A DNA stretch of 64,000 nt from an uncultured Alphaproteobacteria bacterium (GCA_963823225.1 CAWGKM010000003.1:1584274-1648273), one strand, 5' to 3'. Shown: positions 39,372 to 49,851, counted from the first letter of the stretch. The notes: generated by a model from the letters alone, not told the origin. Numbers and translations: made by a program.

Positions 39372-40128
39372 TCACGCGCGTTCCGACAGGAACTCCAATA
39401 CCGCGGACTTAAAGGCCTCATCGCCGACCGCCAACATGTGATCGCGGCCGGGAATGGCAAGGGCCTGCGCTCCGGGGATCAGCGCGGCCAGCTCGTCCGG
39501 CGAGCCGGCAAGCGGATCGTCGCTGCCGACCGCGACCAGACAGCGGTAGCGCGATGCGAGACACTTCGGCGCGGCTGAGCGTCTGGCGCGAGCCGCGCAG
39601 GCAGGCGGCAAGCGCGCGCAAATCGGATTTTGTCTGCTCGGCAAAGGCGCGGAACAGATAGGCCGTCGGATCGGTCACGGCGGCGAGCGACGGCGCTTCG
39701 AAGCGCGTCCGCGATCGTGTCCGGCAGCCCGACGCCCTTCGACCAGGCGGATGCCGAGGCCGCCGAGCACGGCCGAACGCACATGGCCGGGACGCGCCAG
39801 CGCAAGGAAAGCCGTGATCCGCGCGCCCATGGAATAACCCATGACGTCGGCGCGCGGCAGGCCGAGATGGTCGATCAGCGCCCGCACATCCTCGCGCCAT
39901 GATCGCGCTGTGATAGGCGGCGGGGTCGTAGAGTTTGGCGGAGGCGCCATGGCCGCGATTATCGAGCGCGATGACGCGGCGGCCCGCACGCGTGAGCGTT
40001 GCCACCCAGCCCGGCGCGACCCAGTTCACCTCCTTATTGGATGCAAAACCATGAACGAGCACGATCGGCTCGCCCTCGCCCTCGTCGAGAAAGGCGATCT
40101 CCACGCCATCGTTGGAAAAACCCGGCAT
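39372..40128 (-). pseudogene. Alpha/beta-fold hydrolase broken by at least four frameshifts
   Basis: Conserved pieces (IVLVHGFASN; MGYSMGARITAF; GVGLPDTIADAL; TDPTAYLFRAFAEQTKSDLRAL; LVAVGSDDPLAG...IPGRDHML) follow one another in four different ORFs. Confidence 0.7.
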
Positions 40129-40196
40129 GATTTGAGCATACGATCCAGCCGGCCATGCGGCAAAGCACGCCCGCCCGTCGGTCGATGGCGGAGCCC

Positions 40197-41225
40197 TTAC
40201 GCCGACGCCGCGCGCGCACGGCGCAGTTTTAACCGCAGGACGTGGCGTTGCGTCATGCGTTCGACCGCGGCTTTGCACGAGGCGCAGAAGCCAAAGAGCG
40301 CGAACGCGGCCCAAAATAGCCACATCGCCAGATTGAACGCGCTTGCGGTGAGCACGATCGCGGCGCGGCCGAGAAGTTTTATGATCGCCCGCGTCTTGCC
40401 GCCGTTGGCCGCGGCAAGGCGCGACAGCCGCGACATGTCTTGCGGCTGTTCGGCGACCGCGAGGCTGTCCATCACCGCCTGCGTGCCCGCCTTGGTCTCC
40501 ACGCGCCCGGTATTTTCGGCGAGTTCGACAAGGCCGCCGGCGCCTTCGACTTTCACCGCTTCGCGCGCCGCGCGCACCGCCAAGACCGGATTGAGCCGCC
40601 CGGTCCGGCGCGCCGCCTTGACCAGCGAGAGGCCGACCCGCTCCGGCGCGCTAGCGCCCAGCGTAGCGTAGGTCGCGGCGGTAATGGCGATGCCCACCCC
40701 GGCAAGGCCGAGAATCCAGGGATCGTAATGCTCCCCGGTGAGATAATGCGTGCCCTCGCGCGCCGCGTCGCGGATGTCGCCGAACACGAAGAGATCGCCA
40801 AAGGCGGTGCCGGCGAGGCTGGCGAGATCGGTGGGCACCCCGGTCCATAGACCATGCACAAATCGTCCCGCCGTGTTGACGGGTGAGGCGCGCTCCGCGC
40901 TCGCTTGCTTGAGCTGGTCGGTCAATGCCGGATCGAGCGATACGCCGCGATCGGCCGCAAGCTCGACAAAGCTTTGGGCGAGGTCGAGATCGCCGGCAGC
41001 AAGCGCCGAGCGGATTTCGCGTTCGGCGACGGCCCGGTCGAAGGTGCGGTCGAGCGCCTGGTCGCTGATTTTGACCGGGTCGTCGGCGGTGGCGAGCGCG
41101 CTCTGCGTGGCAATGCCGCCGCGAATGAATACAAGCGCGGCGAGCGCAAAAACGACGGCGCCGCCGAGCGCGAAGGTCGGATGGCGCACGGCGCGCAGCG
41201 ACGGTTTTTGGCTCATGGTCTTCAT
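40197..41225 (-). CDS. Membrane hypothetical protein
   Basis: 342-aa intact ORF with N-terminal and C-terminal TM helices. No family recognised. Confidence 0.5.
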   Translation of the reverse strand: MKTMSQKPSLRAVRHPTFALGGAVVFALAALVFIRGGIATQSALATADDPVKISDQALDRTFDRAVAEREIRSALAAGDLDLAQSFVELAADRGVSLDPALTDQLKQASAERASPVNTAGRFVHGLWTGVPTDLASLAGTAFGDLFVFGDIRDAAREGTHYLTGEHYDPWILGLAGVGIAITAATYATLGASAPERVGLSLVKAARRTGRLNPVLAVRAAREAVKVEGAGGLVELAENTGRVETKAGTQAVMDSLAVAEQPQDMSRLSRLAAANGGKTRAIIKLLGRAAIVLTASAFNLAMWLFWAAFALFGFCASCKAAVERMTQRHVLRLKLRRARAASA

Positions 41226-41364
41226 GTCGGGCCTTCAAATCCCCAATAATCTGCCGGCAATTTGCGGCTTTTTCACAACGGGCCCCATCCGCAATGCTGT
41301 GCTGGCAATCGCAACCCCGGCCCGCTATGGTGCCGCCGTAAGCGCGAAGCCGGATATCAAGAGC

Positions 41365-41610
41365 ATGACGGACGCGATAGTCCCGCATTTCCACAACGAT
41401 TTGGGCGTTGCGGTCATCGAGATCGGCGCCAAGGAATTCATGTGCGTCGGCGCCAAGCCGCCATTCGATCATCCGCACGTATATTGCGACATGGGCGACG
41501 ATGCCGAATACGTTTGCCCGTATTGCTCGACGCTTTACCGCCACGATCCGAAGCTCGCGCCCAATCAGGCGCGCCCGGCGGAATGTGCCTTGACTGAAGC
41601 CGCCGTCTAA
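41365..41610 (+). CDS. Zinc-finger (zf-CHCC-like) small protein
   Basis: 81 aa. FMCVGAKPPFDHPHVY...YVCPYCSTLYRHD resembles the conserved alphaproteobacterial zinc-finger domain proteins. Confidence 0.6.
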   Translation: MTDAIVPHFHNDLGVAVIEIGAKEFMCVGAKPPFDHPHVYCDMGDDAEYVCPYCSTLYRHDPKLAPNQARPAECALTEAAV

Positions 41611-41630
41611 TCCTTTGCCGTGCCTCGCGC

Positions 41631-42827
41631 ATGGTCATTGTCGCAGGCGCCGGCATTGGCGGGCTGACTGCCGCGCTGGCGCTCGCGCGCAACGGCTTTC
41701 GCGTCATCGTCTTGGAGCAGGCCGAGCGGCTTGAGGAGACCGGCGCCGGCATTCAGCTCTCGCCCAATGCCACGCGCATCCTGCTCGATCTCGGCCTCGG
41801 CGACCGGCTGCGGCCGCACGTCGTCGCGCCGACCGCCGTGCGCGTGCTCGCAGCCAAGAGCGGGCACGAAATCGTCCGCATCCCGCTCGGCGAAGCGGCG
41901 GTGCAGCGCTACGGCGCGCCATACTGGATCATCCACCGCGGCGACCTGCAGGCCGCGCTCGCCGCCGCCGTCGCACAGCAATTCGATGTTTCACTCAAGC
42001 TCGCCATGCGCATGGAAGATTTCGCCACTCATCACCACGGCGTCACCGTGTCGGCGAATGGATCAGCGGGCCTGTGGAACGAGCGTGGCCACGCGCTGAT
42101 CGCCGCCGATGGGCTGTGGTCGGCGGCGCGGACACGGATCGGATTCAAGGAACCGCCGCGTTTTGCCGGCCGCACCGCATGGCGCGCGCTCATTCCGGCG
42201 CAGGAGGTTGCGCCCGAATTCCGCGAGCCGCTGATCCATCTCTGGCTCGGGCGCGATGCCCATATCGTGCATTATCCGGTCAAGGCCGGCAAAGTGATCA
42301 ACGTCGTCGTCATCACCGCCGACACCTGGAATGCGCCGGGATGGAGCGAGCCGGCAAGCCGGATCGATCTGTTGCCGCGGCTTCCCGCCGTGCGCTGGGC
42401 GCCGCAGGCGCGCGCGCTTACGCGCCAGCCCGAAGCCTGGCTGAAATGGGCGCTCTACGACCGCCGGCCGCTCCTGAGCTTCGCGCAGGGTGCGTCTGCG
42501 CTCTTGGGCGATGCCGCCCATCCGATGCTGCCGTTTCTGGCGCAGGGCGCGGCCATGGCGATCGAGGACGCGGTGGTGGCGGCGCGCTGCCTCGCGCGCA
42601 TGCCGGAAAATGCCGAAGCCGCGTTGCGAACCTATTCCGCGGTGCGCGGCGCCCGCACGCGCAGAGTGCAGCGGCTGGCGGCGCGCAACGGCGAGCGCTA
42701 TCACTTGGCGGGCGTGACGGCTATGCTGCGCGACGCGGCGATGCACGCGATGGGCGGCGAGCGGCTCTTGCGGCATTACGATTGGCTTTACGATTGGCGG
42801 CCGCCCGCGGCTTTGTCGGTCGCGTAA
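41631..42827 (+). CDS. FAD-dependent monooxygenase (salicylate/aromatic hydroxylase-like)
   Basis: GAGIGGLTAALAL dinucleotide motif, the DG..S motif (ADGLWSAAR) and GDAAHPMLPFLAQGAAMAIEDA. Confidence 0.85.
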   Translation: MVIVAGAGIGGLTAALALARNGFRVIVLEQAERLEETGAGIQLSPNATRILLDLGLGDRLRPHVVAPTAVRVLAAKSGHEIVRIPLGEAAVQRYGAPYWIIHRGDLQAALAAAVAQQFDVSLKLAMRMEDFATHHHGVTVSANGSAGLWNERGHALIAADGLWSAARTRIGFKEPPRFAGRTAWRALIPAQEVAPEFREPLIHLWLGRDAHIVHYPVKAGKVINVVVITADTWNAPGWSEPASRIDLLPRLPAVRWAPQARALTRQPEAWLKWALYDRRPLLSFAQGASALLGDAAHPMLPFLAQGAAMAIEDAVVAARCLARMPENAEAALRTYSAVRGARTRRVQRLAARNGERYHLAGVTAMLRDAAMHAMGGERLLRHYDWLYDWRPPAALSVA

Positions 42828-42840
42828 TCGGTGCAAACCG

Positions 42841-43878
42841 ATGCCAGCCACCGAAATGCTGTTTCCCACCACGATCGCCGGCAGCCTGCCCAAGCCGGCC
42901 TGGCTCGCCGAGCCGAACAAGTTGTGGGCGCCGTGGCGGCTCAAGGGCGAGGAACTCGCAACCGCCAAGGACGACGCCACGCTGCTTGCGCTCAAGCTGC
43001 AGGAGGACGCCGGGATCGACATTGTCGGCGACGGCGAGCAGTCGCGCCAGCATTTCGTGCACGGCTTTCTCGAAGCGGTCGACGGCATCGACTTCGACAA
43101 GCGCGTCGAGATGGGCATCCGCAACGATCGCTACAAGGCGATGTGTCCGACCGTCGTCGGCCCGTTGCGGCTGCGCGCGCGCGTCCATGCCCGCGAAGCG
43201 CGGCTGGCGCGCGCCCACACGGCGAGAAAACTCAAATTCACCTTGCCCGGGCCGATGACCGTCGTCGACACCATCGCCGACGCCCATTATGGCGACCGCG
43301 TGAAGACGGCTTTTGCCGTCGCGGCACTGCTCAACGAGGAGGCGCGCGGGCTTGCCGCCGACGGCGTCGACGTAATCCAGTTCGATGAGCCGGCCTTCAA
43401 CGTCTATATGGCGGACGCCGCCGCATGGGGCATCGAGGCTTTGCACCGCGCCATCGACGGCGTCGCCTGCAAGACCGCGGTGCACATCTGCTACGGCTAC
43501 GGCATCCCCGCCAATATCGAGTGGAAGGCCACGCTCGGGCCCGAATGGCGGCAATACGAAAAGTTCTTCCCGGCGCTGGCCAAGAGCCGCATCGATCAGG
43601 TCTCGCTCGAATGCATCAATTCGCACGTGCCGATGCGCGTGCTCGAATTGCTCGACGGCAAGGACGTGCTGATCGGCGTCATCGACGTCGCCACCGACCA
43701 GATTGAGGCGCCGGAACAAGTCGCCGCCGTGATCGGACAGGCGATGCAATACGTGCCCAAAGACAAAATCATCGCCTGCACCAATTGCGGCATGGCGCCG
43801 ATGCGCCGCGAGGTCGCGGCGAAAAAACTGCAAGCGCTCGGCCAAGGCGCCGCGCTGGCGCGCAAGAAATTCGGCTAG
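42841..43878 (+). CDS. Cobalamin-independent methionine synthase family protein (MetE C-terminal-domain-like)
   Basis: 345 aa. LFPTTIAGSLPKP...DGEQSRQHF...IQFDEPAF...HICYGY...NCGMAP are motifs of the MetE catalytic domain. Confidence 0.8.
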   Translation: MPATEMLFPTTIAGSLPKPAWLAEPNKLWAPWRLKGEELATAKDDATLLALKLQEDAGIDIVGDGEQSRQHFVHGFLEAVDGIDFDKRVEMGIRNDRYKAMCPTVVGPLRLRARVHAREARLARAHTARKLKFTLPGPMTVVDTIADAHYGDRVKTAFAVAALLNEEARGLAADGVDVIQFDEPAFNVYMADAAAWGIEALHRAIDGVACKTAVHICYGYGIPANIEWKATLGPEWRQYEKFFPALAKSRIDQVSLECINSHVPMRVLELLDGKDVLIGVIDVATDQIEAPEQVAAVIGQAMQYVPKDKIIACTNCGMAPMRREVAAKKLQALGQGAALARKKFG

Positions 43879-43992
43879 AGCATGATCCCGAAAAAGCCTG
43901 TCCTCGGACTTGATCCGAGGATGGATACCGGTTTCCCGCCTTCGCGAAGCCCGCTTCGGCGGGCGAAGCAAGGTCGGAAAAGATCATGCTCA
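43875..43992 (-). repeat. About 120-bp palindromic intergenic repeat, copy C (reverse orientation, with an internal extra hairpin)
   Basis: The reverse complement contains ttgagcatgatc...ggatcaagtccgaggacaggctttttcgggatcatgctctag, matching copies A and B. Its terminal ctag supplies the stop of the upstream gene. Confidence 0.7.
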
Positions 43993-44000
43993 ACCAAAAA

Positions 44001-44049
44001 GCTAGAGCCTAATCAGTTTTGATTCCATCAAAACTGATTAGGCTCTAGC
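44001..44049. repeat. Perfect 23-bp-arm palindrome
   Basis: gctagagcctaatcagttttgat-tcc-atcaaaactgattaggctctagc. Confidence 0.9.
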
Positions 44050-44051
44050 GG

Positions 44052-44465
44052 TTAAGTCCGCGTCTTCCCGGCCAGCAATTCGCGCAAAACCCCGGCGTGG
44101 CTGAGAGGAAGCTCGCGCGTCGCGGTGACGAGCGTCGTGGCGCGGCCTTGGATCATTTTGCGCAGCGCGGCAAGTTCGTCCTTGTGCTCGGCAAGCTCGG
44201 CGCGATAACGGCGGCGAAATTCGGCAAAGCGCGCCGGCTCATGGCCGTACCATTTTCGTAAAGCCGTCGATGGCGCAAGCTGGCGCGGCCATGCATCGAG
44301 CGCAAGCGCGGCTTTGGACAGGCCGCGCGGCCACAGCCGGTCCACGAGAATACGCACGCCGTCTCGCGGCGCCGGCTTGTCGTAAGCGCGCTTGATTGCG
44401 ATCGGCGACGACCGCAACCTTTGGCGCGGCTTACCCTTGCCCCTAGTCGAGGCCCGTTTCGTCAT
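44052..44465 (-). CDS. DUF488-family protein
   Basis: IAIKRAYDKPAPRDGVRILVDRLWPRGLSK...LRKWYGH is typical of DUF488. Confidence 0.7.
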   Translation of the reverse strand: MTKRASTRGKGKPRQRLRSSPIAIKRAYDKPAPRDGVRILVDRLWPRGLSKAALALDAWPRQLAPSTALRKWYGHEPARFAEFRRRYRAELAEHKDELAALRKMIQGRATTLVTATRELPLSHAGVLRELLAGKTRT

Positions 44466-44615
44466 GGCTCGCTCCGATTCTGAGCCCCACGACGAATATC
44501 GGGATTTACGGCGCCTCTACAACTTTCTGCAGCATGGCGATGAACCGCCCCGCTACACGCGCCGCAGCCGTACTGCCTCACGACGTATAACTGCCATGTC
44601 GCGACGCCCATTCGA

Positions 44616-45170
44616 TCACATCATGCCCATAGGCCCCCAGAGAATCTGATCGGCGCGCTGCTTTTGGCTGTCGTTGAGCCCCGCATATAACGGCTTAAGC
44701 GCCTTGTTCATTGCCCGCACGGCGTCGAGTTGCGCGGCCAAGAGTTGTTCATTCTGGTCAAGCCGGTCAGGCACGCCGACCGTGGACGCACCGCGCTCGC
44801 TCATCATCGTGGTGCAACGTGCGAGCATGGCGTTTCCATTGTCGTGGGCAGCGGCGGCATAGGCGTTCCACAACGGCTCCTGGGCGTCGGTGATTTTCAA
44901 CTCTGCTTTGATATAGGCGAGGCGGCCTTCGGTATGGCCGGCCATTGCGTTGCAGATCGCCTGGCCCGCGCCGCGCTCTCCCATCATCCATGGCCCCATC
45001 CCGACATAGCCCATCATGCCCGGACCCATGAACCCGTAGTCTGCCGTGCCACGCGGGCCCCATTGTCCCATCATTCCGTAGCCCGGGCCGTATCCGTACG
45101 GCTGAGCCATCGCTGCGGCGGTCGCCAGCGTCAACGCGAGCGCGGCGCCTACAAATGTCAATCTCTGCAT
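44616..45170 (-). CDS. Periplasmic Met/Gly-rich Spy/CpxP-like (LTXXQ) protein
   Basis: Signal peptide from MQRLTFVGAALALTLA. A GYGMMG/GPGMMG Met-rich segment and LTXXQ-like motifs (ITDAQEPLW, LNDSQKQRA). Neighbours csoR-like and copA genes. Confidence 0.6.
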   Translation of the reverse strand: MQRLTFVGAALALTLATAAAMAQPYGYGPGYGMMGQWGPRGTADYGFMGPGMMGYVGMGPWMMGERGAGQAICNAMAGHTEGRLAYIKAELKITDAQEPLWNAYAAAAHDNGNAMLARCTTMMSERGASTVGVPDRLDQNEQLLAAQLDAVRAMNKALKPLYAGLNDSQKQRADQILWGPMGMM

Positions 45171-45330
45171 AACATTGCTCCTTGCTTTGGTTTGCCTGCA
45201 ACGTTCTCTCGCTGCGGCGCGCAAGGCGTTGCTCGCGCCTTGCGGCGGCTTACCCTATGGGGGTATCATAGCCACGAAGGGCGTCATCACTATTGATGTA
45301 GATCAAGTGCGGCGTTGTGTCCGGCGCGCC

Positions 45331-45606
45331 CTAGGAGGTCGCGTGAGTGAGAACCTGCACAAGCTCGGCGACTTTGCGCCGCTGATCCACTGCGTCGCCG
45401 GAAATGATCGCATGCTCGACGCAATGCTCGATGTGATCGTGAAGAATCGCGTCCTCGACTTTCTTGAGCGCGGCCTTTACCGCCTCGATCTGGTTGATGA
45501 CATCGATGCAGTAACGGTCGTCCGCGATCATGCGCGCAACGCCACGAACCTGGCCCTCGATGCGGCTCAATCGCATGGCAGCCGATTTCTTGACAGGGTC
45601 TCTCAT
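45331..45606 (-). CDS. Metal-sensing transcriptional repressor, CsoR/RcnR/FrmR family
   Basis: 91 aa. RLSRIEGQVRGVARMIADDRYCIDVINQIEAVKAAL...HIEHC carries the family C-H-C signature. Confidence 0.8.
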   Translation of the reverse strand: MRDPVKKSAAMRLSRIEGQVRGVARMIADDRYCIDVINQIEAVKAALKKVEDAILHDHIEHCVEHAIISGDAVDQRRKVAELVQVLTHATS

Positions 45607-45657
45607 AGCAGTAATATATACCTGTATAGGGTATCTGTCTAGGCGGAGAGAGTCAAA

Positions 45658-47999
45658 ATGAGCAAGCCGGCGCCGCACCGTCACCATCATCGCCCGCCAG
45701 CGGGTGAGGCCGCCCTGGCCATCGACCCGGTGTGCGGCATGACGGTCGATCCGGCGGCGAGCCCGTATCGCCACGACTATCGGCAACGCACCTACTATTT
45801 TTGTGCGGCCGGTTGCCGCAGCAAATTTGCCGCCGATCCGGAGAAATATCTCAAGCCGGCAGTCGAACCTGCGCCGATGGCGAAGGGCACGATCTACACG
45901 TGCCCGATGCATCCAGAAGTCCGGCAAGCCGCGCCGGGCTCTTGCCCGATCTGCGGCATGGCATTGGAGCCCGCGGGCGTCAGTGCCGAAACCGGCCCGA
46001 GCGTCGAACTGATCGACATGACTCGCCGGTTCTGGATCGGCGCCGCGCTCGCCGTGCCGGTTGTGATCCTGGAAATGGGCGCGCATTTTTCAGGCCTCAA
46101 TCTTCACCGGTATGTTCCGCCGCTGATCTCAGTGTGGGTCCAATTCCTACTCGCCACGCCGGTCGTGCTGTGGGCCGGGTGGCCGTTCTTCGTGCGCGGC
46201 TGGGCGTCGGTTCGCAACCGGTCGCTCAACATGTTCACGCTCATCGCCATGGGCACCGGCGCCGCCTATCTCTACAGCCTTGCCGCCACCTTCGCGCCGG
46301 GGTTTTTTCCGGAAACTTTGCGGCCGGAGGGCGTGGTCGCCGTCTATTACGAGGCGGCCGCTGTCATCACCGTGCTTGTCCTGCTCGGGCAGGTTCTTGA
46401 ATTGCGGGCGCGAGAAAAAACCGGCAGCGCGATCCGCGCCCTCCTAAATCTTGCGCCGAAAATTGCGCGGCGTATCCGCGACGACGGCAACAACGAGGAG
46501 GTGCCTCTCGAGCAGGTGCATATCGGCGATCGTCTGAAGTCCGGCCGGGCGACAGCGTGCCGGTGGACGGCATCGTGATCGAGGGCCGCAGCGCCATCGA
46601 CAAATCCATGGTGACCGGCGAATCGATGCCGGTCGAGAAGGAGCCGGGCGCCACGGTGATAGGCGGCACGATCAACGGGACGGGCGGCCTCATCATGCGC
46701 GCCGAGAAAGTCGGCTCTGACACCATACTCGCGCGCATTGTCCACATGGTCGCTGAAGCACAGCGCAGCCGCGCGCCGATCCAGCGCCTCGCTGATATCG
46801 TCTCCGCCTGGTTCGTTCCTGCCGTCATTCTCGTCGCGGTCGTCGCGTTCATTGCCTGGATGGTCTGGGGACCGCCGCCCGCCTTCGCCTACGCATTGGT
46901 AGCCGCGGTCTCGGTCCTCATTATCGCGTGTCCGTGCGCGCTGGGCCTCGCGACCCCGATGTCGATTATGGTCGGTGTCGGCAAGGGCGCGACTGCGGGC
47001 GTCCTAATCAAAAATGCTGAGGCGCTAGAGCGCTTCGAGAAGATCGATACTCTTGTCGCCGATAAGACTGGCACCCTGACCGAAGGAAAGCCCCGCGTCG
47101 TCGCGGTGGTGCCTGCCGAGGGCTTTGATGAAGCCACGATCTTGTCACTCGGAGCCAGCCTCGAACGATCCAGCGAGCATCCACTCGCCGCTGCGATCAT
47201 TGCCTCCGCGAAGCAGCGCAGCGTAGCGATCACCGATGTGACAGACTTCGGTTCGGTTACCGGTAAGGGCGTCACCGGCAAAATCGGTGGCCGACAGGTG
47301 GCCGTCGGCAACGCCAAGCTCCTCCAGGATATCGGCATTAGTACCGCGGGCCTCGAAGCCCGAGCCGATGAGCTTCGGCGCGAGGGCGCGACGGCGATGT
47401 TTGTTACCATTGACGGTCGACTTGGCGGAATCATCGCGGTGGCCGATCCTATCAAGGCGACGACACCGGCGGCGCTTGCCAGGCTGCGGGCCGACGGAGT
47501 TCGCATCGTCATGTTGACGGGCGACAACCGCACCACAGCGCGGGCTGTCGCGGGCAAGCTTGGCATTGTCGATGTCGAGGCAGAAGTCCTGCCCGAGCAG
47601 AAGAATGCAATTGTGCATCGTTTGAGAAGCGAGGGCCATGTCGTCGCGATGGCCGGCGATGGCGTGAACGATGCCCCCGCGCTCGCGGAGGCCGATGTCG
47701 GCGTGGCGATGGGCACGGGCACCGACGTGGCGATCGAGAGCGCCGGCGTCACGTTGGTGAAGGGTGACCTCGCTGGCATTGCTCGCGCGCGGGCGCTCAG
47801 CCGGGCGACCATGCGCAACATCCGGCAGAATTTGGTGCTCGCCTTCGTCTACAACGTGCTCGGCATTCCGCTGGCCGCCGGCGTGCTCTATCCGGCTTTC
47901 GGTCTGCTGCTCAGCCCGATCGTCGCTGCGGCGGCGATGAGCTGCAGCTCCGTGTCGGTGATTAGCAATGCGCTGCGGCTGCGGCGCATCAAACTTTAG
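45658..47999 (+). CDS. copA: Copper/heavy-metal translocating P-type ATPase with an N-terminal TRASH/YHS-like domain; -1 frame change near 46536-46550
   Basis: N-terminal CGM...FCAAGC domain and the CPMHPE metal site. [16 protein letters not shown] and TGES motifs. GDRLK...[10 protein letters not shown] is split between the ORFs 45658..46578 and 46557..47999. Confidence 0.85.
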
Positions 48000-48154
48000 A
48001 CGGGGCTGGCTTGCGGCACGGGACGCGGTTCCGCGCGGCGCCCCGATAACGCGTCTACACAGTGCGGCCACGATCGGGCCAGGCCAAACAACGCAAAAAC
48101 CGATGGCGTTGCCGACTTGAGCGGATCGAACGCCGGTTCCATAATTGCCGCGCC

Positions 48155-49450
48155 ATGATCACGGCACCGTCCCCGGCGAGCGTTGCGCTGCTGCTTGGCC
48201 TGAGCTTCTTTCTCGGCCTGGCTTTCGAAGATTTTTTTGCGCACACCGACGAGCGACGGCCCGGCGGCATCCGCACCTTTCCGATGCTCGCGCTGGGCGG
48301 CGGCGTGCTCTATCTTTTCGATCCTACCCATTTCATTCCCTTCACCGGCGGACTCCTCGTGTTGGGCGCTTGGCTCGTCGTCTACTATCGCACGCACGTG
48401 CGCGAGCATGACGAAAAGGGCGAACCCAATGTCGGACTCGTCATCCCCATTCTCAACGTTCTTGCCTATTTGCTCGGCGCCGTCGCGCTCGCACTGCCGC
48501 CATGGTTCGCGGTGACGATGACGGTGGCGGCGGTCCTGCTGCTCACCGGCCGCGAGCAACTTCACGCCCTGGCGCGCCGACTCGAGATCAAGGAGATCGT
48601 CACCGCCGGCCAATTCCTGATCCTGACGGGAATCGCTTTGCCGCTGTTGCCGGACCATTCGGTAACGACGCTGACCGCGATCACGCCGCGCCAGGTCTGG
48701 CTCGCGCTCGTGGTGGTCTGCAGCATTTCCTATGCGAGCTATCTGGCGCAGCGCTATTGGACCGCCGCCGCCGGTGGCCTGTGGATGGCGGCGCTCGGCG
48801 GGCTCTATTCGTCGACCGCGACGACGGTCGTACTGGCGCGGCAGGCGAAAGCCGAACCGGGGCTCAAACGGCATGCGCAAGCCGGCATCACGCTGGCGAC
48901 CGCAATCATGTATTTGCGCATCCTTGCAGTCGTCGCGATCTTCAATATGACGCTCGCGCGCGTCCTGGCGCTGCCGCTCGCGGGCCTCTCGCTCGCCGGA
49001 TTCTTGATCTGTGCCTTGCAATATCGGTTCGGCAAGCCGGCGCAAAACCAACCGGCGCGAGATTCACTGCACCTTGCGGCGAGCATCAATCCGCTCGAAC
49101 TCGGCGCCGCGGCCGTTTTCGCCGCTTTGTTCGTTGCGGTGTCCGTCGTCTCCGCCGTGGCCAAGTCGCAATTCGGAATTTCCGGCATCTACGGACTCGC
49201 GGCCATCGTCGGCGTCACCGATATCGATCCATTCGTGCTCAACCTGGCGCAAGGCGGCATAGCCGGCGTGCAGAGTTCCGCGCTCGCCGCCGCGATCCTG
49301 ATCGCGGCGTCCTCCAATAACGTCCTCAAAGCGGTCTATGCCGCCGCGTTCGCAGGCGGCAAGGCGACCGCAGCCAGCGCGGCCGCGCTCATTGTCCTCG
49401 CCCTCGCCGGTATCGTGGCGGCGATCGCGGTGCTGACATTGCCGTCGTAG
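48155..49450 (+). CDS. MgtC/SapB-family plus DUF4010 membrane protein
   Basis: Polytopic membrane protein. GLSFFLGLAFEDFF...GGIRTFPMLALGG is typical of the family, recalled from memory. Confidence 0.6.
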   Translation: MITAPSPASVALLLGLSFFLGLAFEDFFAHTDERRPGGIRTFPMLALGGGVLYLFDPTHFIPFTGGLLVLGAWLVVYYRTHVREHDEKGEPNVGLVIPILNVLAYLLGAVALALPPWFAVTMTVAAVLLLTGREQLHALARRLEIKEIVTAGQFLILTGIALPLLPDHSVTTLTAITPRQVWLALVVVCSISYASYLAQRYWTAAAGGLWMAALGGLYSSTATTVVLARQAKAEPGLKRHAQAGITLATAIMYLRILAVVAIFNMTLARVLALPLAGLSLAGFLICALQYRFGKPAQNQPARDSLHLAASINPLELGAAAVFAALFVAVSVVSAVAKSQFGISGIYGLAAIVGVTDIDPFVLNLAQGGIAGVQSSALAAAILIAASSNNVLKAVYAAAFAGGKATAASAAALIVLALAGIVAAIAVLTLPS

Positions 49451-49473
49451 CCGAGGCTTTCGCCGAGCGCCGA

Positions 49474-49851
49474 TCAGCGAATCATCTGGTCGCTCTGAAA
49501 CGGGGTCGAGAAGCTGCAATTTTTATCCGCCGCCGCGCGTTGCAAAAGCTTTTCTTCGCCGATCACGAAATCGTAGTCGGTCCGGTAGGCGAGCGAACCG
49601 ATCACGGCGCCGCCGGCCCCCTCGGCCGCCTTAGCCATGAGACTGCGCAATTCCTTTTCGCGCGCGACCAGAAATTTCCATCGCGCGGCGAGGTCGTTGC
49701 AGTGATAGGCGCTGTACCGGCCCGGATCGACCAGCAGCGAGCCGGCTCCGTTGCTCATGCCGCAGCCGGAAAGCGCGACCAGCGCGAGGCTTATGAGCCC
49801 GCGACGCGGTCCGGCGAGCCACGCAATGCCGATGTCGTCGACAATTCTCAT
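49474..49851 (-). CDS. Small lipoprotein
   Basis: Lipobox LVALSGC after a hydrophobic segment. Start taken as MRIVDD. Confidence 0.5.
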   Translation of the reverse strand: MRIVDDIGIAWLAGPRRGLISLALVALSGCGMSNGAGSLLVDPGRYSAYHCNDLAARWKFLVAREKELRSLMAKAAEGAGGAVIGSLAYRTDYDFVIGEEKLLQRAAADKNCSFSTPFQSDQMIR

